DNA of 64,000 nucleotides from contig CM022670.1 of the NCBI GenBank assembly GCA_012295275.1, positions 35,402,001-35,466,000 on the forward strand, written 5' to 3'. The position numbers were made by a program, and so were the translations under genes. This document shows positions 28,594-41,691 of the stretch, piece after piece; positions within the stretch are counted from its first letter, which is position 1; each line of letters starts with the position of its first letter. This stretch comes from Chrysomallon squamiferum. Lineage: Eukaryota; Animalia; Mollusca. The notes under the pieces were generated by a model. The model worked only from the letters and a program-made list of their open reading frames with translations. It was not told the origin of the DNA and searched no databases.

Positions 28594-30000
28594 TTTTTTT
28601 ATTTTTATTCCAAATACGTGACTCTGTATGTAAAATGCGAATCAACATATGAAACTGTTATAAAACAAAATTTGTAAGTAAAAATCAAAATATATATACT
28701 TTATGGAAAGTCCTTTAAAAAGAACACGCTTCCACCAATGTATGGTCTTGTGTTAGCGGTCAGAATATGCACCCTCCCATGAACAGATAATAAAGATACT
28801 GGATAAACCAATCATTGACCAGTTATCTATTCGTTCAGTAGCCTGATAGTGCATGATGCGAACAGAAGGGAAATGATGATACTTCTGTCTATCTGCAAGA
28901 AAGCGTACAACATTGAGTTACAGTCTGTTGCTTTAAACCATTATTATTCCTTCTAGTTTGCTTCTGTCTACTGGATATAAGATGTCCTAATTTACTAATT
29001 AATATATACATATGTAGATACAGATATAGATATAGATATCAAGGATGAAGACAGCATTTTTTTATATCAATGTCAGCTTGCATAGATTAAAACTACCCAC
29101 AAAAACAAATCATCAAAGATTTTTAAACACTGGTGGACAAAGAAGACGTTCTCTGCTTAAGACTGAGTATCTTCTCTTTTGCGTACACACTACTCATTAG
29201 CGCCGATCACAAAGAATCAATCTTATGTGAAGATAACCATCATGGACTCGCGTGAAAGAGCCTCTCACGGGTCGTTATTGTTCGTTATCATTTCTCTACC
29301 CATGGGAGAATAAATCTTTGACGTATCGTTTTGACCATCTCGGGTTAAAGGAGAAGAAACGGCCGCACAATAATCGGAGTCTAGACAAGGTGTTAATCAG
29401 CGCTTTATATAATTAAGAAAGCTGCTTGCTACAGGAACTCGACTCCTCGTGACTGATTGTCTTGATAGAGCGTCCAGTAATTGTTCCAGAAACCAAAATA
29501 ACCTGAGTCAACACGCGATTCTCTCTACACGTTTTCGACCTGCGGGATGTGAAATGCTTAAGTGAATTTAGCTTTCTAAATATATTTGAAACTGTCGACG
29601 TGCAACTTCTGTACTGTCACAAATTTCGATAACTGCATTTAGGTATATATATAGGTGTGTAATGTGGCACATACATACATACATACACATACTATCGTCA
29701 TTACAAATACAGCTTGTCACTACTGTTGACAATAGATGTAATTTCTACTTTCTATGCTGCTTGTACTAATATTGTTAACTATTCTTATCATCGTCGTCAT
29801 TATGTTCATCATAATCACTATGATTATTATTAGTAGATTTATTTCAGTGATCAAAACCCAGGGCTCCAAAAAATCAGTCATGTATGTATAGTTGAAAACT
29901 GTGTTATTTTCAGCAAACTAAAAATATATATTTACTTATATCCGAATGTTTCCTAGATCAGTTACGAAGTATCTACATCATAATTGAGAAGATATATTTC

Positions 30001-30580
30001 TACAGAATTCAATCATGGGAAACCAATTTTCGAAAATGTTTATCCTGAGTTATGTATATTCACCACGCTATTGATACATACTGAATTTAATAATAGCAAA
30101 CCAATTTTAGAAGGGGTAGATCCAGTTATATTTATTTTCAATTATTTATATGTATACTGAATTCAGTAATGGCAAACAAAATCTAGATCGTATACCCCAC
30201 TTGCATGGGATTTTTTCAACTATTTATATATACTGAATTGAATAATGGTAAACCATTTTTAGAAGGCGTATATCCTCGTTATGTATGTTTAACTATTTTA
30301 TATACTGAAATCAATAATGGCAAACCAATTTTGGATAGTCTCTTATGTAGTTTCAACTGTTTATATATACTGAATTCAATAATGGTAAACCAGTTTTAGA
30401 AGTTATATATATTTCAGCAGTTATATATATTTCACCACCCAATATATATATATATATATACACAGAATTTAATAATAGCAAAACCAATTTTCGAATGCAT
30501 ATACCCCAGTTATTTATTTTCATCACGCTGTAGATAATATCACTGAATTCAATAAGGAACAACCAGGTTTAGAAGATTCA
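30001..30580. repeat. Diverged tandem repeat of about 76 bp, 8 copies
   Basis: Core ACTGAATTCAATAATGGCAAACCAATTTTAGAAG variants start near 30001, 30079, 30155, 30231, 30303, 30368, 30461 and 30541. Confidence 0.9.
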
Positions 30581-31102
30581 TAGCCTACTTTAGATACGCT
30601 CACCCACCGCAGACACACATACTCAGTGACGACAGACCAATTTTAGAACGTCGAAAAAGCCTAGTTACGTTTTTACGTTGCGTATATTTCTCTACGTCAT
30701 GGACACATATTGGCTCAAGGCAAACCAGTGTCAAAAGGTTCGTGGCCCAGTTACGTACCGTTCTGTGTTACGTGCTAGCATCTCGTTCTGTAGAAAGTCT
30801 ACCGGTCTTCTTGAATCTAGATCACAGCACTGGAAGATAACCAAATTAATGAAGTTTTTTTTTTTTTTTTTTTTTTCTCTCTCTCTCTCTCTCTCTCTCA
30901 GATGGTGCCACGAAAGTGGGTTACAACGTCTTGTTATTTATACCTCAAGCTTCCTCTTTACGAAGAGAAAGGACTGGGTCACGACCATGTAGATCACTGC
31001 ACTATTGACTCAGTGTTTTACTTTTGTTGGTGTGTGAGAAAGTGTGTTTATATGTAGGTACGTCTGTGTTCTTATGTGCATGTATGTATGTATGTATGTA
31101 TG

Positions 31103-31141
<39 letters not shown>

Positions 31142-31192
31142 ATATATAATCTTATATATATATATATGTCAGTGTATATATATGTGTGTGTG

Positions 31193-31227
<35 letters not shown>

Positions 31228-31640
31228 TTCTGTGTATTCGTATGTATAAATATGAATTCATTTCTACCTATAATATTGACTTGTACCTTTTTACTTTCCT
31301 AGTTACCTACCTACACAAACACGCACGCACGCACACACACACACACACACACACTCATATATATATATATATTTATAACGATTTGATTGAGAGGTAAAGA
31401 TACATGACATGCCATTTAAACATGCCTTTTAGAGAAAGATAATGAAACAAAAATAAATAAAATTTAAAACAAATAGTTAATCAATGAAGCAATAACACTG
31501 TATAAAGAGTAGTTCGTGTACACAACCTGATCATATTAAATATTTAACACTAAACTGCGCCGGAGTCTCGATTCTGCCATAACTAAAGATGAAATGGTAA
31601 TTACGTTAAGACGAGTTATTGAGTAGATAATATTCTTTGT

Positions 31641-31814
31641 TAATAATAAAGTATGACAAATTCGAGGACCTTTATATGTGTTCGAACTGACGTAATGAAA
31701 CAAAGGAATAAACTATTGTTGTTAACATAGCAACTTACGCTAATCTTTGATAATAATAAAGTATGAGAAATCAGCGGACATTTATGTATGTACGAACTGA
31801 CGTAACGAAACCAG
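31641..31814. repeat. Diverged direct duplication (about 65-bp cores, 110 bp apart)
   Basis: TAATAATAAAGTATGA.AAAT...GGAC.TTTAT.T.TGT.CGAACTGACGTAA.GAAAC at 31641 and 31751. Confidence 0.8.
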
Positions 31815-32194
31815 AAAAAAAAAAAAAAAAAGACAATCGTCAAGTGCTTAATACATTATTATCATACTTTGGTGAAAAGTGAGAGATGAAACAACCTCTA
31901 CGAGCAGTTCAGTATCATATTTTCTCTTTACTTAAAAGAAGAATCTAACTTAAACACATTTTGCGTGTGTGAGAGAACGTGCGAAATTATTGAATATCTT
32001 ATTAAATAAATATTCGAGTTAATACGTTTTGCAGATTATAAGTGTATAATTCATGTATATTCATGTGTTAATGTATACGTATGCCTGTTTATGTACGTCT
32101 CTATGCATATACAAAGATATTAGTGTGTTTATTTTCATAAATAAAACAAATAACATTCTTCAATTTTTATTTTTATTTTTATTTTTCTCCGTAG

Positions 32195-32361
32195 ATGAGT
32201 GCGGCGACGGTGATGCGTAGGCAGTCGTCGTCCTCCAACGAAAACGATGTCCGGATGCGGAACAACCGCTCCGGCAGTCAGGGCCCGACCATGGGGGAGT
32301 CGCCGCCTTCATCTCCAGGAATGGCCGCGGGGAGGACGACTCGGGGCTGCTGCTTCTGCTG
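32195..32361 (+). CDS. First or early coding exon of an RZ/A-subfamily regulator of G-protein signalling (RGS17/19/20-like); partial gene
   Basis: GC-rich island in AT-rich DNA. Acceptor is a polypyrimidine tract plus ttctccgtAG (AG at 32193-32194) with ATG immediately after. Donor is TG|GTAAGT (GT at 32362). It has 55 codons plus 2 nt (phase 2): MSAATVMRRQSSSSNENDVRMRNNRSGSQGPTMGESPPSSPGMAAGRTTRGCCFC(W/C). CCFCW is the start of the CCFCWCCCCSCS cysteine string recalled for RGS17-type proteins. The exon is well supported; the family call rests on this short motif only. Confidence 0.7.
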
Positions 32362-32943
32362 GTAAGTCGTAGTTTGATGTAGTTTTATACAGTGTTTGTA
32401 TATACAAGAAAAACAGTGCTATACAGTTTATATATACACACACACACACACACATACATATGCACATTTATATACAAACATATACATACATATATATATG
32501 TGTGTGTATATATATATATATCTATATATATATAGATATATACATACATACATAGATAAAATACCTTCAGACATTTGCTGCCTATCTACATGATGACTTT
32601 GTTAACTGATATTTTATAAAGTATTCTTATACCATTGTTATTAACTGTTTCTAAGATATTCCACCGTCCTCTTTTTTAAATAATTGTTTATGTAGTAATC
32701 TAATGTCCAAAGTAATGTCTACATATACAAACGTGTGCTTACATGTACAAAAGTACTTCACTTCTTTCTTAAAGTCTGTATACATTAAGTTATACATTAT
32801 TACCCTTGTTAACGTCTGTATACATCACACTTAGCTATCCTTGTTAATGTATATGTACAACATAAATTGCTGGTCTTGTTAGTGTCTCTATACATCAAAC
32901 ATTGGTGGTCTTAACATCTGTGTTCGTCCTACGTTACTTCTCG

Positions 32944-33103
32944 TTTTAATAATTATACATACTTCTTTTTTTAATAATTATACATACTTCTTTTTTTAAT
33001 TATTATACATACTTCTTTTTTTAATAATTATACATACTTCTTTTTTTAATAATTGTACATACTGTTCATTTCAATAATTTTACATACTATTCATTTTAAT
33101 AAT
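32944..33103. repeat. 25-bp minisatellite (TAATAATTATACATACTTCTTTTTT), about 6 copies
   Basis: Units at 32947, 32972, 32997, 33022, 33047, then degenerate. Confidence 0.9.
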
Positions 33104-33578
33104 GATCATTGTTAACGTCTATTCATTCCATACGTCGCTACACGTGTTAATGTCGGATGGTAATAAACTGCTAACAGTATTTCACTGTTTTCATCTTTAT
33201 TTCGATCAATATTATTTTGTATCTTGGTCGTTTGGGCGAAAATTATTTATAACAGCAGATTATCACGTATTATTTAGCGGGTTGTTAATAGCTGCCAAAC
33301 TGAAAGATTACTCATCTGTTTGTTTTTTGTTTTTTTTTAGACTTATTTATATTTTGTACGTTAAAAACAGCGAGGCTGTGTCTCTAAGCCACAAAATACT
33401 GATTTTAATCTGACAATTTATGTTTAAGATATTAGGTTCTTTTATAAACAGTTCTATTGTTTTTATTACTATTGATTTTAAAAACGCTGACGTAATTCAC
33501 GCATGTGTAAAGACGTTTGATCATTTATATATATATATATATATATAGACATATCATGCAGACAAACACAACTACACA

Positions 33579-33623
<45 letters not shown>

Positions 33624-35006
33624 GTACATATTAAACAAATATGTTTTAGATCTAACAAAAAATTATTGCCTCCCACGATCTTTGCCATTCTTGCAAAACA
33701 ACGGTTTGAAAAACAATTTTTTTAGATCGCAACTTCTCCAACAAATACGTGAATACGAAGAAAAATCATCATCTCAAAATGCTTTTGTATTTTTCCTTCT
33801 CAGTGCTTCTTCTTCTTCTTCTTCTTCTTCTTCTTCTGCTCCAACGTAATAATATCTGTTTCCCCAGTTTACATTTTAAACTGTGCAGTGTCCTGTGAGG
33901 TCTTTGCTAAGTATTTCGCGGAAGTGAAGGAAGTGTATCTGATGTTATCAGTTTTCCTCTCGATGAGTGTTGGCTTCACAACTCGAGTACACCGTGCTTA
34001 GGTCTGAAGTCATCACTTAACACTGACAAAGATAATTTGGTTTAGTTTGTTTTATTTATTTATTTATTTATTTTTAATTTTTTTATTTTTTTATTTTATT
34101 TATTTGTATGTTTATTTTTTTATTTTATGTGCTCTGATATTTATCTGTTTACCTTGAAATTAAATTTAATTTTATTTATTTTTTTATTTAGATTGTTATT
34201 TATTTATACATAAATAATTAAATAAATAAATAAATAAATAAGTGAGTGAATAAGTAAGTAAGTAAGTAAGTAAGGAAATAAATAAATAAATAAATAAAAA
34301 GAAAGCGCCTCTTTTTTTTTTTTTTTCCGTTCACAAAACATTCAAACTTTCAACAACAGCTAAAGTTCTATTAACTAAATTAACCGAGTACTTTTCGACG
34401 AAAATATCTCTGTGTTCGATTTCTACAAAACTGCAGCTTGTGTTTATTAAATTAAACAAAAACTAATTTCAAGACCCCCCGGGCTCTTCCTGGTGTGAAC
34501 TGAGGGGGAGTGGGGATTTAAAGTGTAGGCTACACTTTTCCGCCTATTTTTTTTTTTTTTTTTTTTTCTTCTTCTTCTTTAATAAGCGTTAATATTGCTG
34601 AGAATAAATGATTTCAGCAAATCGTTTACTCACGTTGTTTGGATATTGGGTTTCACGTCATTTCAAGGTCACAAGTTGATCACGTAATTATTTCTAAACA
34701 TTTCCAGACCGAAATATCCGAAAATTATCTCACATTTCATATCTCGATGTTTTCGTGGTGTTTCTCCAAACTGGTGTATTGACGACATCGATTTATTTTG
34801 TAAGCTTCTGTTTCGACTGTCAACACGCGCCCGCTTACCTAAATTGCGTGCACAAACATACATGAGAAGTACGTATACACGGTCGTTCAAAGGCTGCGTT
34901 GAGCGTGAAACTCGGTGGCACTGTTTTAATCTCCTGCAAGGTCGAATGGATCGATTTATTTATGAATGATACTTCAGTTTTTTTTTTTTTTGTCCACACT
35001 TTCTAG

Positions 35007-35122
35007 AAACTTTATAATAGGGTGTCAGGGTTAAAACAAAAGAACAAACAAAAAAAAAACAACAAACAAACAAACAAACAAACAAACAAACAAACAAACA
35101 AACAAACAAAACAACAACAACA

Positions 35123-35160
<38 letters not shown>

Positions 35161-35257
35161 AAAAGAATAATAATAATAATGAATAATAAATAAATAAACT
35201 TTATAATAGGGTGTCAGGGTTAAAACAAAAATAATTAAATAAATAAAACAAAAAAAC

Positions 35258-35288
<31 letters not shown>

Positions 35289-35347
35289 GAATAATAATAA
35301 ATGAATAATAAATAAATAAACTTTATAATAGGGTGTCAGGGTTAAAA
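35007..35347. repeat. Three identical cores of about 30 bp separated by (CAAA)n/(AAT)n microsatellites
   Basis: AAACTTTATAATAGGGTGTCAGGGTTAAAA at 35007, 35196 and 35318. Confidence 0.9.
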
Positions 35348-35377
35348 AACAAACAAACAAACAAACAAAAAAATTAA

Positions 35378-35415
<38 letters not shown>

Positions 35416-35811
35416 TAATAATAACAATAATAATAATAAATGAATAAATGAATAAACAAACAAACAAACAAACAAACAAATAAATAAATAAGTAAATAAA
35501 TAAGTAAACACAGAACGGACATTCATGCCCGTGCTTTTGCAGCAGAATCTGAGTGGAAAGCCAGTGTCGCCTGCATGATTGGGTTAACATGTTTTCATCA
35601 ACTTGTCCCAGATATATCGATCCCGTAATGCAGTTTTGCAAGGATTTTTAATTATGTTACCAAGATGACCTGCGTCGCTTGGCTCAGTGACTCTGGAGTG
35701 ATGGCAAACATTAACACTGCTTGTTGATAACAAGGCCGAATTGGATCCGAAAACCACTGCTTTGTCGAGGTTCGTCCGCCGATATGTACTATTGTGTTCA
35801 AAATGAAAGAC

Positions 35812-35844
<33 letters not shown>

Positions 35845-36029
35845 CGATGCTGAATTGTGATATTGCTGTAAGGGTTTAGTACCGTTTAATAACCTCTGGT
35901 TTTTGCACTGGCACGATTCCTTGGAGAACGGTCGTTAATCCGTGTGTACTTAGACCTGCTGCAGTTTTGTGGAATTCCCGTGATAATCGTACTGCCAGTG
36001 TCAGGGATAATAGAAACAAACCGTTTAGA

Positions 36030-36650
36030 GTAGTAGTAATAGTAATAGTAATAGTAATAGTAATAGTAGTAATAGTTGTAGTAATAGTATCAGTGATAGA
36101 AGTGTAAGTAGTTATTGTAATAGTAGTAGTAGTAGAAGTAGAAGTAGTTCTTGTAGTAGTAATAGTAATAGTAGTAGTAGCAGTATAATTAGTTCTTGTG
36201 GTCGTAATAGTAATAGTAGTAGAAGTATGATTAGTTATTGTAGTAGTAATAGTAATAGCAGTAGAAGTAGAAGTAGTTATTGTAATAGTAATAGTAGTAG
36301 TAGTAGAAGTAGTTTTTGTAGTCGTAATAGTAATAGTAGTAGAAGTATGATTAGTTATTGTAGTAGTAATAGTAATAGCAGTAGTAGTTATAGTAGTAAT
36401 AGAGGTAATAGTAGTAATATGGGAAATGATAGTGGTATTGGTCTTATTATTATTAGTAGTAGTAGTAGTAGCAGTTGTACACTTTGTAGTGACAGTGATA
36501 ATGGTAGAAACAGTAGGGTTAGTAGTAGTAACGATAGAAGTTATTGTAATAGTAGTAGTAGTAGTAATTAATTGTAATAGTAATAGTTTGATAGTGGTAA
36601 AAGTAATAGTAATTACAGTTATACTTCTAGCAGTAATAATATAGTATTTC
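36030..36650. repeat. Cryptic (AGT/AAT)n tract with internal duplication of about 120 bp
   Basis: GTCGTAATAGTAATAGTAGTAGAAGTATGATTAGTTATTGTAGTAGTAATAGTAATAGCAGTAG at about 36200 and 36320. Confidence 0.85.
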
Positions 36651-37650
36651 TGTCATAGTGGTATCAGTTAGGTAGTAGTAACAGTTGCTGTCGTCATCAT
36701 CACTGTTTTTGTCATTGCTGTCGTTGTCATCACTGTTTTTGTCGTTGGTGTAATTCTTACTTTTATGTCGCTGCAGTTGTCAGAGACGTAACTTACGAAA
36801 GTCAAAATAATAAACGCAGTGATATATATATATGGATATATTTATATTTCATATGTCATAATTAATGACTGTGTTAATAGTGATGCACATTTGTTAGCAA
36901 TAATTTTAACTTGTTGGGAAATAAAACAGTTGTACTTTGTTATTTGTTGATTTTCAGTTGTTGTATATTGGTAAAAATGTACACATAACATCAGCCAGAA
37001 AATATCTGCCGCAGCAACTGCAGTTATACTTAAACTGAAAGCAAATAAATTGGTGGCAAAAAAGTAAGACATACTGAAGTAAATTAATGTCTGAAGATCT
37101 CTCGCTAAGGAAAAAAAAAATCTTATTTGCAGAAGTTAGAAAACAGAAATATTATGTATAACAACAGTTTTATTTTTTTTTTAAATTTAAAAAATGATGA
37201 AGCCAAATTGTTTACTACTACTAATAATAATAATAATGGTGATAATGATGATGATGATGATGATAAGAAAACTACTACTAATAATAATAACTATAATTTC
37301 TCCTACACATTCGAATTACCTTATTTGTCCACACTGATTCTATTCATACATCACATGTCGGAACAGATAAGCTGCCATTTACACAGGCCAACTGCTTGTA
37401 GAGAAGGTCGCTATTCACAAAGTGAGTGTAATTCACGCAAATCGAACTCAGCCGGGTTAAAAATCAGTGAGTAGTCAGACACACACGAATACACGCATCA
37501 GACGGGTTTCAACCATGAATCAATGAACGTGCAGAGTCTCTTGAAAAAAGCTCTGCTGATATTATTCGAAGTAAGACTGGTTTGGTAATGAAATCGTTTC
37601 TTGGCGATTGCTTGCCACCGGGAACGAAATAAGAAGAAACAGAAATCTAC

Positions 37651-37710
<60 letters not shown>

Positions 37711-37839
37711 CGTTGTCGTCGTCATCATCATCTTCATCATCATTGTTTAATACATTTGGATATATATATATTTATTTTTTCTATTTTTACAGTGTTATTA
37801 TTACTTTTATATATACTAATATATCACTGCTAATGACAA

Positions 37840-38179
37840 TAGTTACTACTACATCTATTACTATTAATAATAATGTATTACCTCCACTAATACTTCACTA
37901 TTAGTACCATTACTTCTAATACTACTACTATAACACAACAACCGCTACGACTACTACAACTACCACTACAGCAATAATTTGTACAACAGTTAACTATTAC
38001 GACCACTACTAATGTTATTATGACAGCTACCACAGTTACTACTGCCATTTATTAATTTATTTGTTAATTTCGGTATCTAATACAACTGTCATTTCTATGT
38101 TACTATCAAAACTATTAACTATTTCCCCAGAGTAGTTTTCTCTAGAACACACTATTGCTATTACTGCTGACATATCCAT

Positions 38180-38218
<39 letters not shown>

Positions 38219-38267
38219 AGCCAGCATCATTACTGCTATTTCTAACATCACTGCTGATATACTTCTG

Positions 38268-38305
<38 letters not shown>

Positions 38306-38645
38306 ACTACTACTATTACTGCTAATGATACTTCTGCTTCCACTTCTACTTCTACTACTACTACTACTACTACTTCTGCTGCTGCTATACTACTAATACT
38401 CTACTACTACTATTACTACTACTACTACTAAAACTGGCACTAACACTATTTATTCTATCACTAAGAGTAATATTACTACCATTAATACTAACGATAATAA
38501 TACAACTACTAATATTAATGCTGTTACTACCACCAGTGGTACCAATGCTATTACTATTATCAGTATCTTTACACTACTACTACTACTACTACTACTACGA
38601 CTACTACTAATAGTATTGTTGCTATTGATTCTACTGCTACAGTTA
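37840..38645. repeat. Cryptic (ACT/GCT)n tract
   Basis: Direct reading. Confidence 0.85.
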
Positions 38646-39027
38646 GTTACCATTAATTTTCTTTCTTTTTTTTAAATTTTGTACACAGGTATGTAATCAT
38701 GATCTTCAGAGTTCAAGCCACTCCTAGTATAATGTTTGTTATTCCGCCAGCTCGTTTTTGTCGATTTTTTAATCATTATTATTAATCCGATAGTTTGCTT
38801 TTGATCTTATTCATAACCAGGTCAGCTTAGGCTAAGTCGAAGCTGGATAACAACAGCTTAAAGCAGATTAACATATTTCTGTTGTGATCGCCAGCGTTTG
38901 TTACTGTTTTTATTATTATTGTTGTAATTGTTGTATGTTGTTGTTGATGCTTCTGCTGCTGCTGTTGTTATCATCATCATTATTATTATTATCATCATCA
39001 TTGTTTATGTTGTTGTTGGGGTTGTTA

Positions 39028-39092
<65 letters not shown>

Positions 39093-39956
39093 ATTATTAT
39101 TGTTATTATTGTTATTTTATTTTTTTATTTTTTTTATTTATTTATTGTTATTATCTCTTTTTTCGTGCTGTTGTTGTTCTTCTTCTTTTCCTCTTCGTCT
39201 ATGATCCATGTTGTCACTGCTACTGCTACAGCATTCCATTGTCATCATCAGGCTTATAATCCTTATCATTCATACCAGCTAATGCGTTACTTTAATGCAG
39301 ACGATAATGGTTTTGTTTGAAATAATTATTTCTTTGACAAATAACTTCATTTGATTTTGAAATACGATAAAGTTGATTATTTGATAATTTATGTAAAATG
39401 TAGCGAAATATGTAAATATATAAGTATGTATATGCATGCATGTGTGTATGTGTGTATATACATACTTATATATTTACATATTTCGCTATATTTTACATAA
39501 ATTATCAAATAATCATGTATTGTATGTAAACTATACATGTATGTATATATTTACCCATGTATCTGTACCTTATATCTATAAACTGTAAAATTAAATTATA
39601 AATTAAAGAAAAGTAGTAATACTAGTTTCTCTTAACATCTGCATCTGTTACGGTAATCTCCTAAAATAAGAAAAAAAAAAAAAAACTTTAATAACACCAG
39701 TTTAACATTTTGCAAAGTAAATTTAAAATAATCTCACATCTGCAAGTTTATTACTCAACAGAAAACAATAACTGTTCCAGACCAAAATTACGGCCTCGTG
39801 TTTTTAAAAAGATTAATGTACTCATCGTAGGTGTTTTATGAATGTGTGCTAATTATGTCCAGGACCCTTTTCATTGTTATTATTATTTTACTTTATTTTA
39901 TTTTATTTTATTTATTTATTTTTGTGGTTTAGGGTTCAGTGGTTGCTAAACAGTTT

Positions 39957-40048
<92 letters not shown>

Positions 40049-40596
40049 AAATTGTGCAAGCAGCAGTTTTTCAAAAAGGATGTTGTTCCAGTCTTATTTA
40101 CGAAATATTCAAAACTGCTTTTGAGCTGTGTCTTTCAACCATTATTTTATACAACACTAAATTATCGTTAATCAGCATTTTTTCGATCATTATATTACAT
40201 CATTTTATCAGTACAATGTATTTATAAATCTGAAACTGTCTGCTGTTGTACTTTCCGCCTTTCTCAATGAAGGACGATGACTTAGCGATATAAGACTTTT
40301 TGCACCTATCGATTTCCTGTCCAAGTCCATTAGTAATTATTTCACACTGGTGTGTGTATTATTTATCCTTACAAACGTGTCCAAGCATGCCTGTCATGTG
40401 CAGAAGATGAGTTATATCCAAGACGAACAATAAAGGCATAATATACTTGTATTCGTTGGAGTAAGTGTTATAATGCATTGTTGCTTTAATGGTTACTGTC
40501 TACTTCGTATCAATATTTATCGTCATTCATTCATTTATTTTATTTTTCGTTGTCGATATTTACATATACACCACACATACATACATACATACATAC

Positions 40597-40704
<108 letters not shown>

Positions 40705-41681
40705 CAAACAGGAATACACCTTTATCGAATGATAAATTTCTTTTTATTATCTTTTTTGTTATTGTCGTTATTTTATTTATTTATTTATTTTTGTTTGTTT
40801 CTGTCTTTCTTTCTACAGACGTAATTTTATTGTTTTTATTCAAAACAGTTTCAAATTTGTTTTAAAATTAACTTTAAAAAAATAAAAGAAGAAGGGAAAG
40901 AAATCTGCAAAATAAAACTGCTAATAAAGAGACAACACTATTATCACTGCAGATTGAGAAGAAAAAAACAAAACAAAAACAACGTGAACATACTTGAAGA
41001 GATAGCGCCAGAGTCTGCCTCTCAAGCAAATTGATTTTAAAGTTCCATTAAATCCGAAAGCCATAAATTAGCGTTTAAGACGCCATGATTATAAATTACG
41101 TGCATTAAAGTCATTGGCTGCTGGATGCAAATAGCTGTTACATCATATTAGTTGTTTTTTTATTTTTCTTTTCTTTCTTTCTTTCTTTCTTTCTTTCTTT
41201 ATTTATTTATTTATCTGTCTATCTATCTGTTTTTTTATTGTTAAAATTTTAGAATAAAAAACTGAACAGTAATATGAAGATAAGATTTTAAAATTTCTTG
41301 TTTGTGGATGTTCTTAGACAAGTATTTTATAATTTATTTCTGTGTGTTTTAAAATGAGTATTATATATATGAGAAAGAAGTTTCTGTTTAATTATTTCCT
41401 GACTGCAAATGTGTGTGTGTGTGTGTGTGTGTGTGTGGATGTGTGTGTATGTGTGTGTGTGTGTGTGTACATTCATATGCACCACATACATATACATATA
41501 TATAAAATATCCGTGTATATTTATGAGTACATACATTTATGAATCCTTTTTTTATTTATTTATTTTTAAAAATCCAAATCAGCAAATTGTTCATTATTCA
41601 TATTTTTTCATTTTAACCACAAAACTCCGCTTTAATATTATTACTGTTGTTGCTCATGTCTGCCTTCCGTTGACATTTCCG

Positions 41682-41691
41682 ATGACGTCAT
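41682..41691. promoter_or_regulatory. Perfect palindromic CRE (ATGACGTCAT)
   Basis: Exact TGACGTCA in a CpG-richer intronic block (about 41650-42130). Function not shown. Confidence 0.3.

Noticed and set aside
30001-30580. CRISPR-like repeat/spacer appearance
   Set aside because: The repeats are degenerate, the spacers resemble each other and vary widely in length, there are no cas genes, and the context is eukaryotic.
35007-35347. Identical 30-bp repeats as a CRISPR array
   Set aside because: The spacers are microsatellites of about 90-160 bp, not unique spacers.
39160-39195. SCCCCSSS as the missing second half of the cysteine string
   Set aside because: No AG acceptor precedes it (TTTTTC-GTGCTG) and it lies in (TTG)/(TTC) microsatellite sequence.
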